From Macrostomum lignano (Eukaryota): 64,000 nucleotides of DNA. Positions 40,900 to 64,000 of the stretch are shown here, one piece after another. Both the position numbers and the translations under genes were made by a program. Position 1 is the stretch's first letter; the number at the start of each line of letters is the position of its first letter. The notes below the pieces were generated by a model. It saw nothing but the letters and a program-made list of their open reading frames with translations, did not search any database and was not told the origin of the DNA. The stretch covers positions 248,001 to 312,000 of the forward strand of contig NIVC01001119.1 of the NCBI GenBank assembly GCA_002269645.1, in the 5' to 3' direction.

Positions 40900-41755
40900 G
40901 ACACTGAGGCACATAGACATCCAGACAAATAGACACTGAGATACATAGACATCCAGACAAATAGACACTGAGACACTTAGACATCCAGACAAATAGACAC
41001 TGAGACACTTAGACATCCAGACAAATAGGCACTGAGACACATAGAAATCCAGACAAACAGACACTGAGACACATAGACATCCAGACAAATAGACACTAAG
41101 ACACCTAGACATCCAGACAAACAGACTCTGAGACATAGACATCCAGACAAATAGACACTGAGACACTTAGACATCCAGACAAACAGACACTGAGACACCT
41201 AGACATCCAGACAAATAGACACTAAGACACCTAGACATCCAGACAAACAGACACTGAGACACATAGACATCCAGACAAATAGACACTAAGACACCTAGAC
41301 ATCCAGACAAACAGACACTGAGACACAAACATCCAGACAAATAGACACTGAGGCATAACACGCGCACATAGACATCCAGACAATCCAGACAAATAGACAC
41401 TGAGACACATAGACATCCAGACAAATAGACACTAAGACACCTAGACATCCAGACAAACAGACACTGAGACACAAACATCCAGACAAATAGACACTGAGGC
41501 ATAACACGCGCACATAGACATCCAGACAATCCAGACAAATAGACACTGAGGCATAACACGCGCACATAGACATCCAGACAAACAGACACTGAGACACATA
41601 GACATCCAGACAAATCGACACTAAGACACCTAGACATCCAGACAAACAGACACTGAGACACAGACATCCAGACAAACAGACACTGAGACATAGACATCCA
41701 GACAAATAGACACTGAGACACAGACATCCACTCAAATGCGCTCGTAGACACTGAG
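40900..41755. repeat. About 32-bp minisatellite
   Basis: Unit ACACTGAGACACATAGACATCCAGACAAATAG with variants. Confidence 0.92.
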
Positions 41756-42119
41756 ACAGACCAGCATTGCCACAACCAGCCCAGTTTTCAATTCCACATT
41801 CTATTTTTAGTAGTCCTCTGGCTAGCGCAGCAAAACTTCAAAATGCATGAAATTTCGGAAAAACTAAAAGGAAGAAGTTGCGCAGCAGGGCCTGACAGTC
41901 ATTCCCAGTGGTGCATCGAAGGTCAAAGTCCAGGAAAAAAATAAAAAAACAACTTTCTCTTCTTTTTTACTTTTGCGTTTTGCTTACCGACTTTAACACT
42001 GCTGCGGCGGTGAAGCTTTCCTTCAGTTGAAACTGTCAATCAGAATTTTAGTTAACATACTGATATATCTATACAGACCATAAAAATGTCTTGAAAGTCG
42101 CACATTAGAACAAAAGCGG

Positions 42120-42485
42120 TGTCCATTCGGCTCCCTCATTAGGATCCATTCGGCGCCCTCATTAGTCTCCATTCGGCGCCCTCATTAGTTTCCATTTGGC
42201 GCTCTCATTAGTGTTTATTTGGCGCCCTCATAGTGTCGATTTGGCGCCCTCATTAGTGTTTATTTGCCGCCCTCATAGTGTCGATTTGGCGCCCTCATTA
42301 GTGTCCGTTTGGCGCCCTCATTAGTGTCCATTTGGCGCTCTCATTAGTGTTTATTTGGCGCCCTCATAGTGTCGATTTGGCGCCCTCATTAGTGTTTATT
42401 TGCCGCCCTCATAGTGTCGATTTGGCGCCCTCATTAGTGTTTATTTGGCGCCCTCATAGTGTCCATTCGGCGCCCTCATTAGTGT
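42120..42485. repeat. 22-23-bp GGCGCC-containing minisatellite
   Basis: Unit ATTTGGCGCCCTCATTAGTGTCC and variants. Confidence 0.9.
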
Positions 42486-43260
42486 CCAATCCGCGCCTTC
42501 GCGAAGCTGTAATTCTTTTCTCCCAACACTATCGAAGCCAACATAGCACACCGCAAATTCGAAACGGAAAAACCCTGACCCAGATGGATTAAGCCGGAGC
42601 GAACAAAAAATCAAATATTTAGTTTAGAATAACACGGGACACGCGCGTTCATAAGTTTCATGCGCAGAAATATAAAGTCTTTTTTGCTCAGACCTTTTGG
42701 TGGCCGCAAGTATGCGAACCCTGTTAACCATGTTGTTTGCTACACGATAAACCTTGTAGAGACTATCATGCATAGGGGTGCTTTGTAAGTGTTTTGGTAC
42801 CAGTGAGATTGTATAAATTCTGCCAGAGCAACTCTGTGCTGTTTGACTGACACTTTACCTGTGTGCTTAGCCATGTCTCCTCTCCTTAAGTCTCTGTCAC
42901 TGCGAAGAGTCAACACGCTCGCTACCCATGTATAAAACATGTGCGGCACTGCTCAGATGGGGGTGACCACTATCTGTGTACTGCAGACTTGAATTCTCAG
43001 TAAATTTGAACAATTTTTTTACAAGTTATAAAACTTTGAAGTTAATAGCCTCATACAAGCCTGTCTGTGACCCTTCGGGAAGACTCAGGGCAACTGGGTT
43101 CTGCTTTTTCTAATTCAAAGGCAAGTACAGTTATTATTTTAAATCTTCTAATTTTATCATTCATTATATTTCTGTGGGGGAGACTTTCGTTAAACAAATG
43201 ACACTGAAGGATAATATTTGGGAAACACGGAAGTAAAGCGGAGGAATGTAAGATACTAAA

Positions 43261-43505
<245 letters not shown>

Positions 43506-44367
43506 GGACAATCGAGCTAGATCGTCAATCGAGCTAGCAGACCTTTCGAGTTTCAAGCATCGCCTTCCCGATAATTAATTTTTTTGCAAATCGCCAAAAA
43601 ATCCCAACCCTGCATCCTGCGCTGAGGGACTGCGCGGACGCCTAATTCTGGCAAAGCTCTGCTAGAGAAGCCCCTGGCCTCAGAATAACAAACAGCCCCA
43701 GAGCTCTGCCGCTCCTATAATGCGGACAGAGCCTGTCTCTGTTGAGACGCATCGCCCCGGGGCTCGTCCTGCTCGGAGGGTGTCTCTGAGCACATCCGAT
43801 GCGGGACAAAGATGCTCTCGAATAGCTCAAACAAGAACAGAAGATAATTAAGAGTGAGTAGTCCTCTACTTCAATATCCGTCTTCTTGTCGAGCTTCTGT
43901 TGCAAATTTCCCCTGCAGTTGATGAGAACGTTTGACGCCATCCCTGGCATCCCTGCTCTGTCGTTTCTTCTCTTCACTATATGTACGGTGTCTTTGCACC
44001 GTTTGAAGTATCGAAAAGTTTTGAAAACATTTCTGGAAAATATATTTTATTATCGATCAAAATCCACTCTGCAACACATGATGCTGAGCCTCTGCATCCG
44101 TTGACAACCAATAGGAGTTTAACAAAAAATAGGGGTGGCTAACATATAGGCAAGGAAACTGAAGTCAGACTTTACCCCTAGCAAAAGTTGACCTGAATTC
44201 CTCAAATCTTCGCTGCGAATTTCTACAAGATTTTAACGATAGTCTTGTTAAAGTAAGTCAATTCTGCAATAATGTACAGAGTATTATTGTACTTTTTTAG
44301 ATTCTATTTGTGCTCACGTGACCATAACAATGGTAGATGGTAGATATAGTCATTGTCTCAACATAGT

Positions 44368-44925
44368 GGCCATTATTTCAGCGTGCCAGAAGCGGTCATT
44401 ATTCCACACTTTTTTATCACGCTTCAATTGGCTGTTTTGAGAGTTATTTTACCCATAGTTTGACCATAGACAACACTGTGATGAGTGCTGATTTCGTTTG
44501 CATCTTGTCTAAAATGTCTTTAGTATCTTTTTTGAATGTATTTCAGAATGCCATGTAGACTGTTTGCGAACATTATTCCCTTATGTCAGTTAATAAATGC
44601 ATAGTTAACTAATTGTCTATGGTTCAAACGCCTGCTAAAGCTGAAATAATGGGCAGTTGAGTTTATCATTGTCCAGAAGACACAGCCTGGTGTAATGACA
44701 AACTCAACTGGCCATTAGTTCAGCTTTAACAGACGTCTGAACCATAGACGATTAGTTAAAGTATTCATATATTAACTTATATCAGCTTATTCATTTATAG
44801 TCTATGGCCCAACAGCTTTTTTATTTATAGTCTATGGCCCAACCACCGCCCTCTTTACGCAGTCGCACGCACGCAGACTCTTACCCTGAAATAATGACCG
44901 CTTCCGGCACGCTGAAATAATGGCC
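44368..44925. mobile_element. Nested palindromic element cluster (GTCTATGG/CCATAGAC family)
   Basis: Outer inverted repeat 44368-44403 vs 44890-44925 (35/36). Inner hairpin about 44607-44757 with about 64-bp arms (about 57/64) and a 23-nt loop. Confidence 0.7.
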
Positions 44926-45859
44926 AGGCTGTGTCTTATAGACAATGACGTTGCGTGCGCACTCGTGTTTGGCCATTATTTCAGCCCCTTACCTACTACG
45001 CAATCTACCATTGCGCCAGGCTGTGTCTTATGGACAATAAATAGTAGAACTATCTCTATATTCTACAGAAATGATCTCAGTTGGAGCTGAAAATCTCATA
45101 TTACCCAGGACAGGCTTGTAAAAGGCTTCAAGAATGATTTTGATTTTACTGCCTATACGCTGTTTGAAATCTCATTTCCTGCCGGGGGTCAGGAGACAGC
45201 GATATTAGCTAGTATAAGCTGCTGGCATTTTCAGAAGGCAAAGAAATTTCAATGGGTCTCAATTTCCGCACAGCCGCGCATTCAACTGTCGAGGTTGGCG
45301 AGAGATTATAAAAAGTAGGGCAAAGACGGGACCTAGGCTATGCTTTTGAGCATCTGATGAGGAGATCAGAAGGGAGTTAGGTAGGAGTAGGATAAGGGAG
45401 ATTTGAGACTCAAGTCTCTCAAGATTGCGATTTAATCCGCATAATTTTCGTGTTAATTCGAAACCAAACCGAATCTCGTTGCAATTTTAGACTTGCTTTA
45501 ATTTTATAACGAATTTCAGCGTATTAATAAATATCAGATTTCCAAGATTTTATCAGAAATTGCAACAATGCCATCCTAATCACTGATCATTCATTTAATT
45601 TGGAACCATCGTGAGGATGGATGCTGTTATGAAATTTCAAATACTGACCCGCATTTGTTTAAATTGTATTGAATTATTCTCATTGGGAGATTGCTTCGCG
45701 ATGTTTTAGTTTGACGAGCTAAATCGCAAAAGTACGCTGCTGGTCTGTGTAAAAAGCTGAGTCGCTTTTTGAGGAGATTTTCTAATCAGTTTTATCTCCA
45801 CTGGCTGATGCTCTCGAAATACAAGCGTAATAGTTTTAAGATTCATAGAAAACTGTTCG

Positions 45860-46480
45860 AGCTTATTCCACGATTCCTTGAAAAAACTGTTCACGGTTAT
45901 TTCACGATTCTTAGAAAGCTTTCTTGCGCTTATTCCACCATTCTTAGAAAGCTGTTCGCACTTATTCCACGATTCTTAGAAAACTGTTCACGGTTATTTC
46001 ACGATTCTTAGAAAACTGTTCACGGTTATTTCACGATTCTTAGAAAACTGTTCACGGTTATTTCACGATTCATGGAAAGCTGTTTAACGCTTATTCCACG
46101 ATTCTTAGAAAGCTTTCTTGCGCTTATTCCACCATTCTTAGAAAGCTGTTCGCACTTATTCCACGATTCTTAGAAAACTGTTCACGGTTATTCCACGATT
46201 CTTAGAAAGCTTTCTTGCGCTTATTCCACGATTCTTAGAAAACTGTTCATGCTCATTTCACGATTCTTAGAAAACTGTTCATGCTTATTTCACGATTCTT
46301 AGAAAACTTTCATGCTTATTTCACGATTCTTAGAAAACTTTCATGCTTATTCCACGGTTCTTAGAAAACTGTGCGCAGTTATTCTACAATTCTTAGAAAG
46401 CTGTCTAGCGCTTATTCCATGTTTCTTAGAAAAATGTTCGCGCTTAATGGTTGATTCTTAGAAAACTATTCGCATGCTGT
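45860..46480. repeat. 32-bp minisatellite
   Basis: Unit TTATTTCACGATTCTTAGAAAACTGTTCACGG, about 19 copies. Confidence 0.92.
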
Positions 46481-47879
46481 TCAACGATAACTGGTTGGTT
46501 CATCACGCGCTTAGTGAGCTTTTCTAACATTATATTTTTAGTGGTATTTCATCATTCTGAGCTGGACACGACTCACCTTTCTCTTCCCGTAATAGTCCCT
46601 TAATAGAGCTTGGCAATATATTATGACTCAGCATTTCCTATTGGCTATGAAAGATGAGAACTATGAAGAAAGATGGCAAATATCCTTAACTATGAATTCA
46701 TATTTACGCATTTTTAAAGATATTCTAAGAAATAGGCCTCTTAAAGACTTCTGAAGTCACGCTTTGTTATAACAAAATATTTGGCGAGAAGTTGACTATC
46801 AAATAAGCTTAACATACTGAAAGAAATTCGAGTTAGCACGCAATTTTCTCATTGAAGATTATCAGCTTAGTATTAATACTTTAATGCTTTGAGCACAGTC
46901 GTTTTCTTTGGCCTCAGAACTTTTTTCTTTTCCTTATCGTTTTGTCTCTGCATCTCTCTGTCCATCGTGTTTCTGGACCAAAGTTGATTATAATCTCTCT
47001 GCCTTTCCACTCGCGGCTTAAATAAATCTGTTTCTTTTAGCTTCTTAAAAGATGGCCTGCTTGTCTGTCGATTCTTGGAATAGTGGGATTTAGGAGCGGA
47101 GAGTGTACATGTGTGAGCGTGGTTGAGAGAGAGGTTGCTGCTTGCATCCCTTTTTGTGCTGATGTCTATGGCCCAATTTTCCACTTGCTTGCCTTTTTCC
47201 CGTCCATATCTATGTCTATGGGCAAGACCAAATCTACTGCTACCAAATTGGATTTCCCAACTTGGTTGGCTAAGCTCGCTACGAGCTAAGCCTTTCGAAG
47301 ACACCTGTCCATCTTTGCCGCACAGTATGCAAAAGAAAAAAGATGTTTTTCTTTTCGCAAGATTTTTTTTGTGTTTTCGTTTCATGTCCCCATCCTTGCC
47401 TCGCCTTCCCCCGGCTCTGATCCCGGATCCCATGCAGATGTTTTTGCTTGACCAGTCTAAGCTAAGCGTCTGCCAATGAATAGAACAGATTCTACTGGAC
47501 CAAATAGATCTGTCTAATAACGTATGTTAGCTAGACATTCACGCTGGGTTGAAATGGAGTGCGCGCGCCTTTGAGACATCTTAACACCTTGCTGGGCTTT
47601 CATCATCAAAAGAAGAAAAGCTTTGTTATAATAATGAGCTTGTCCGCTTGCACACTCTCAGGTTGGGATGACGCGAATATGCGCATGGCTGAGCAGGGTA
47701 TGAGAAGAAAATAGATATAATAAGAAATACGCCTGATTTTCTACAAGGTGCATCCGATTGCTGTTTGTGTGCGAGCTGGCACAGTGCTGAAACATGTCAC
47801 CCTTTGTATTGCTACAGCAGCTATACCCTATCACAGGGAGCCAATTTATATGTGCACTAACCACTTCCAACTCAGCTTA

Positions 47880-48210
47880 ACTTGCAGACCTAACTTAACC
47901 AAAACCCTAACCTAAATCCACTTCTAACCTAAATCTTAATCCCAACCTAAATACTAACCCCAACCTAAATACTAACCCTAACCTAAATCCTAACACTAAC
48001 CTAAATCATAACCCTAACCTAAATCCTAACCCATAACCTAAATCCTAACGCTAACCTAAATACTAACCCTAACCTAAATCCTAACACTAACCTAAATCCT
48101 AACCCTAACCTAAATCCTAACACCAACCTAAGTCCTAACCCTAACCTGAACACTAACACCAATCTAAACACTAACACCAACCTAAATCATAACCCTAAGC
48201 TAAATCCTAA
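47880..48210. repeat. 18-bp telomere-like (CCTAAC/AACCCT) minisatellite
   Basis: Unit AACCCTAACCTAAATCCT with variants. Confidence 0.88.
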
Positions 48211-48810
48211 ACGTTATAAGCGTAGAAGTAAAGTAAAAGATTTTATAATAAAATACTTAATCTATAAGCATATTTACTAAGCAGTTTACAGTAACATGGC
48301 TTTTCACGAAGTTTCTGCACAGTCCACCCCGCGTTTTAAAATCGAATTTTAACACACACACTACACAGCGCCCTATGCACGATCAATCACAACGCCAGGA
48401 GCCATGCTTCGCTAGCTTACGTATGTAACGTACGATACTATATATATAAGGCCTATCCCTATGCGGACATGTCAAACCGTGACCCGTGGATTTGTTTGCA
48501 GACTATAGGCTGAAAAGCACTGATTCTCTTGTGTGTCCGTGTTTATCACTGTCATTTCCCACTCTCCCTGTATATAACCCAGCCTCTCTCTCTCTCTGGC
48601 TCTTTCACTCGGGCACTCGCTCACACACCACACAATGCTAATCCCGTCCATTCACCCAGCTTTACAGGCACCACCAGCTGGAGTGTTTATAAAGCATAGC
48701 TAGATGTATTGGAGAGGCCCATTGGAGCGCGGAACTCGTGTTTATACACTGATCCTATTTTTGGCCTTCTCCAATAGGGTATCGACACTTTGCTAAAATA
48801 TTTTTTTCAA

Positions 48811-50412
48811 GTGGGAGTAGCAATCTACACCTATTGAGGGAATAGCTATCTTCGGTGGGAGTAGCAATCTACACCTATTGAGGGAGTAGCTATCTTCGGT
48901 GGGAGTAGCAATCTACACCTATTGAGGGAATAGCTATCTTCGGTGGGAGTAGCAATCTACACCTATTGAGGGAGTAGCTATCTTCGGTGGGAGTAGCAAT
49001 CTACACCTATTGAGGGAGTAGCTATCTTCGGTGGGAGTAGCAATCTATTGAGGGAGTAGCTATCTCCGGTGGGAGTAGCAATCTACACCTATTGAGGGAG
49101 TAGCTATCTTCGGTGGGAGTAGCAAGCTACACCTATTGAGGGAGTAGCTATCTTCGGTGGGAGTAGCAATCTACCCCTATTGAGGGAGTAGCTATCTTCG
49201 GTGGGAGTAGCAATCTACACCTATTGAGGGAGTAGCTATCTTCGGTGGGAGTAGCTGTCTACACCTATTGAGGGAGTAGCTATCTTCGGTGGGAGTAGCA
49301 ATCTACACCTATTGAGGGAGTAGCTATCTTCGGTGGGAGTAGCTGTCTACACCTATTGAGGGAGTAGCTATCTTCGGTGGGAGTAGCAATCTACACCTAT
49401 TGAGGGAGTAGCTATCTTCGGTGGGAGTAGCAAGCTACACCTATTGAGGGAGTAGCTATCTTCGGTGGGAGTAGCAATCTACCCCTATTGAGGGAGTAGC
49501 TATCTTCGGTGGGAGTAGCAATCTACACCTATTGAGGGAGTAGCTATCTTCGGTGGGAGTAGCAATCTATTGAGGGAGTAGCTATCTCCGGTGGGAGTAG
49601 CAATCTACACCTATTGAGGGAGTAGCTATCTTCGGTGGGAGTAGCAAGCTACACCTATTGAGGGAGTAGCTATCTTCGGTGGGAGTAGCAATCTACCCCT
49701 ATTGAGGGAGTAGCTATCTTCGGTGGGAGTAGCAATCTACACCTATTGAGGGAGTAGCTATCTTCGGTGGGAGTAGCAATCTATTGAGGGAGTAGCTATC
49801 TCCGGTGGGAGTAGCAATCTACACCTATTGAGGGAGTAGCTATCTTCGGTGGGAGTAGCAATCTACCCCTATTGAGGGAGTAGCTATCTTCGGTGGGAGT
49901 AGCAATCTACACCTATTGAGGGAGTAGCTATCTTCGGTGGGAGTAGCTGTCTACACCTATTGAGGGAGTAGCTATCTTCGGTGGGAGTAGCAATCTACAC
50001 CTATTGAGGGAGTAGCTATCTTCGGTGGGAGTAGCAAGCTACACCTATTGAGGGAGTAGCTATCTTCGGTGGGAGTAGCAATCTACCCCTATTGAGGGAG
50101 TAGCTATCTTCGGTGGGAGTAGCAATCTACACCTATTGAGGGAGTAGCTATCTTCGGTGGGAGTAGCAATCTATTGAGGGAGTAGCTATCTCCGGTGGGA
50201 GTAGCAATCTACACCTATTGAGGGAGTAGCTATCTTCGGTGGGAGTAGCTGTCTACCCCTATTGAGGGAGTAGCTATAGCTATCTTCGGTGGGAGTAGCT
50301 GTCTACCCCTATTGAGGGAGTAGCTATAGCTATCTTCGGTGGGAGTAGCTGTCTACCCCTATTGAGGGAGTAGCTATAGCTATCTTCGATGGGAGTAGCT
50401 TTCTACCCCTAT
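48811..50412. repeat. 44-bp satellite, about 36 copies, internally dimeric
   Basis: Unit GGGAGTAGCAATCTACACCTATTGAGGGAGTAGCTATCTTCGGT, with GGGAGTAGC twice per unit. Confidence 0.97.
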
Positions 50413-51109
50413 TTTTCCTTTCTTCATTCTAACTCAGTGCTTTCTTTCCGCCCACTATCAGATATTATAAATCTTATCAGTGAACTTTGTACAAAATGTT
50501 CCTAATGCATTAATTCCTTTTACTTATTTTTCCTGCAACAGAACGCGCGCCCCATCGCCTCAGACCATGTAAGGGTCTGACTGCGCCTGGCGCCTTTCAT
50601 CAGCCAGCCGGCAGATGGGTTAGGTGATAGCTAGTACACCGAGAAAAACTCGGGCTTCATTGGGAGGAAGTATAGACACCGGAACTTGCAGAAAAAGTCG
50701 GTCACTTTTAAATAACTTTTCAATTTTTCTCTCGGTTCGGTTTGCAGCCACTGAAGGCCGGCTCTTGGATGATATGGCTTGGTTTAGGGAAAATTTCCCA
50801 TGTAACGAAGTTCATTCCACTGCATTTTGCAAGGGTATTCCAGACTGTAAGACATTGGCTTGGATTTTCTGCCCCCCCCCCCCTATCTATCTTTCCTAGC
50901 GGCGCAGCTGTCTGTGTCCATCTTGGCCTGCAACTCTCTGCTTTTGCACGGGCAACGTGAGCTACAGGCCGGCACAGAGTTTCAGAGGCTTGAAATACAA
51001 ATAGACAATCCGATCCGTGAAGAAAATGGAAAATACAGAAAGCAGATGACATGAAAAATGTTTTGGGAATTCTCTCTCTTCATATAATCCATAGTGTGCA
51101 CTACACAGG

Positions 51110-51225
51110 ACAGCTGGAGACAAACTGAAGGACAGACAGAGAGGACACATACAGACAAACAGGACAGACAGAGAGGACACATACAGACAAACAGGACAGA
51201 CAGAGAGGACACATACAGACAAACT
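51110..51225. repeat. 30-bp tandem repeat, about 3.5 copies
   Basis: Unit GACAGACAGAGAGGACACATACAGACAAAC(AG). Confidence 0.8.
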
Positions 51226-51949
51226 GAAGTAGTTTCTTGGATTGCTTTAATGTTCAGTGATTGCCGACATAAACCCGATACAACAAAGTGATTTACGATT
51301 TACCTGGTGCAGAAAAAGACGCGGTTTCGCAGCAGGTGCGGTGTAAACCAACAAACACGTTTTGGTTTCAGATCGCTGGCCTATTCCTATAGTGATTAGG
51401 TGGCGCACAAACTGGCATTCCCATTAATCTTGTCGTATTATAAATGGAAATGTACCGTAAAACTTTTGGTGTAGTACAGGGTTCGACCTAGAAAATTGTT
51501 TTTCTATCTAGTCAGTCAGCCCCGCAGAAGTGCAAGGTGCAAGGTTTTACACACCTTCAGAATTCCTCGTGAAGCAAATTGCAACCCTGCATAGCAGCAG
51601 TCATGCGCTTAGGCCAAAAATTGCAACTATTAGCTTATTCCTTAATTGTAGTAGTCATATATTACAACCCTCGTCATAAATATCCCCATTGCAGTCGTAA
51701 TTCTCCCACCCAACTAACCTCCAGTGCTATTCCTCTTTTTCTCGTCACTTCCTGAGAGACTGCATCTGGGGAACCGTGGGGCGGGCTGGTCAGGAAGGGG
51801 TTGGCGGACTCTGGCCAAGCAGGCATTGTGAGAACTGAAAGACGGTTACTAACCACCTCTTTCAGCACACCTTGATCAGTTCTCCACTGAGAAAGGGAAA
51901 GGGGGAGGGGATTCGGTTTTGGGAGCGGGTTGCGTTGCTTTCAGATTGG

Positions 51950-51993
<44 letters not shown>

Positions 51994-52284
51994 GAAGCGC
52001 AGAAGACGGGAAAGAGAAAGAGAGGTAGAAAGAGGGCAAAGCAGAGATTCGCACACTACAAGCAATATTATTCCCTCCTTCCCTCCTTCTTTCGCACCCC
52101 AAATTTTTTTTATTTCTCTGTTAAAGAAAAAAAGAAAAATTCTGCAACAAGCCTCGAAATTTCCCAATTTAAAGCAACAGACGGCAGCGTCAGTTCGAAG
52201 ACAGCAACAGTCAAGTTTGACCTCTAAGAAAGAATTTCAATTCCATAAAAGGAGAAATACTCAACAGTCGCGCTGGCTCAGCTG

Positions 52285-63712
<11,428 letters not shown>

Positions 63713-64000
63713 CGCAGTAGCTCATCGTGCAACAGTATCGGGTATAACTAACGGCTTATCTATTCGATGATACAATTAAGGCTGATCGGATGCTTAAAAC
63801 AATGTAAGTATTATTTTGTTAGTCATTCGTCTTTCGAATGCGGAGTGAGTTGGTCGCGACAGTCGGCCAGGCAGCCAACGAGAATGTGCAGAGATCTGCC
63901 CAATCCGTTGTGTTTAGGAGATGGCTTACATGTACTTTCATTCAACTACGCGTACTTTTCATGCGTGAACAAGCCTTAAATTATAATGTAGACATGCACA

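Overview
Eukaryotic (animal) genomic DNA with GT-AG introns and very dense mini- and microsatellites. The style resembles free-living flatworm genomes such as Macrostomum, but that is inference. No prokaryotic, rRNA or CRISPR features were found. Four protein-coding genes can be reconstructed. Three lie in tandem on the minus strand: a four-exon, Fe-S (class I, FumA/FumB-type) fumarate hydratase with a mitochondrial-type leader (14003-9003), a four-exon DCAF7/WDR68 (6649-3671), and the 5' end of a GABA-B receptor subunit 1 (448 to the window edge, absent from the ORF track). On the plus strand is a ten-exon poly(rC)-binding KH-domain gene (52285-63712) whose KH1 GxxG loop is split over 24-nt and 33-nt microexons. 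No host gene was recognised in 14-52 kb. That interval holds mariner, hAT and Crypton-like transposase remnants, nested TIR elements with perfect target-site duplications, a tRNA-type SINE, hairpins built on GTCTATGG/CCATAGAC, and many tandem arrays. Most long ORFs in the supplied track are translations of repeats.
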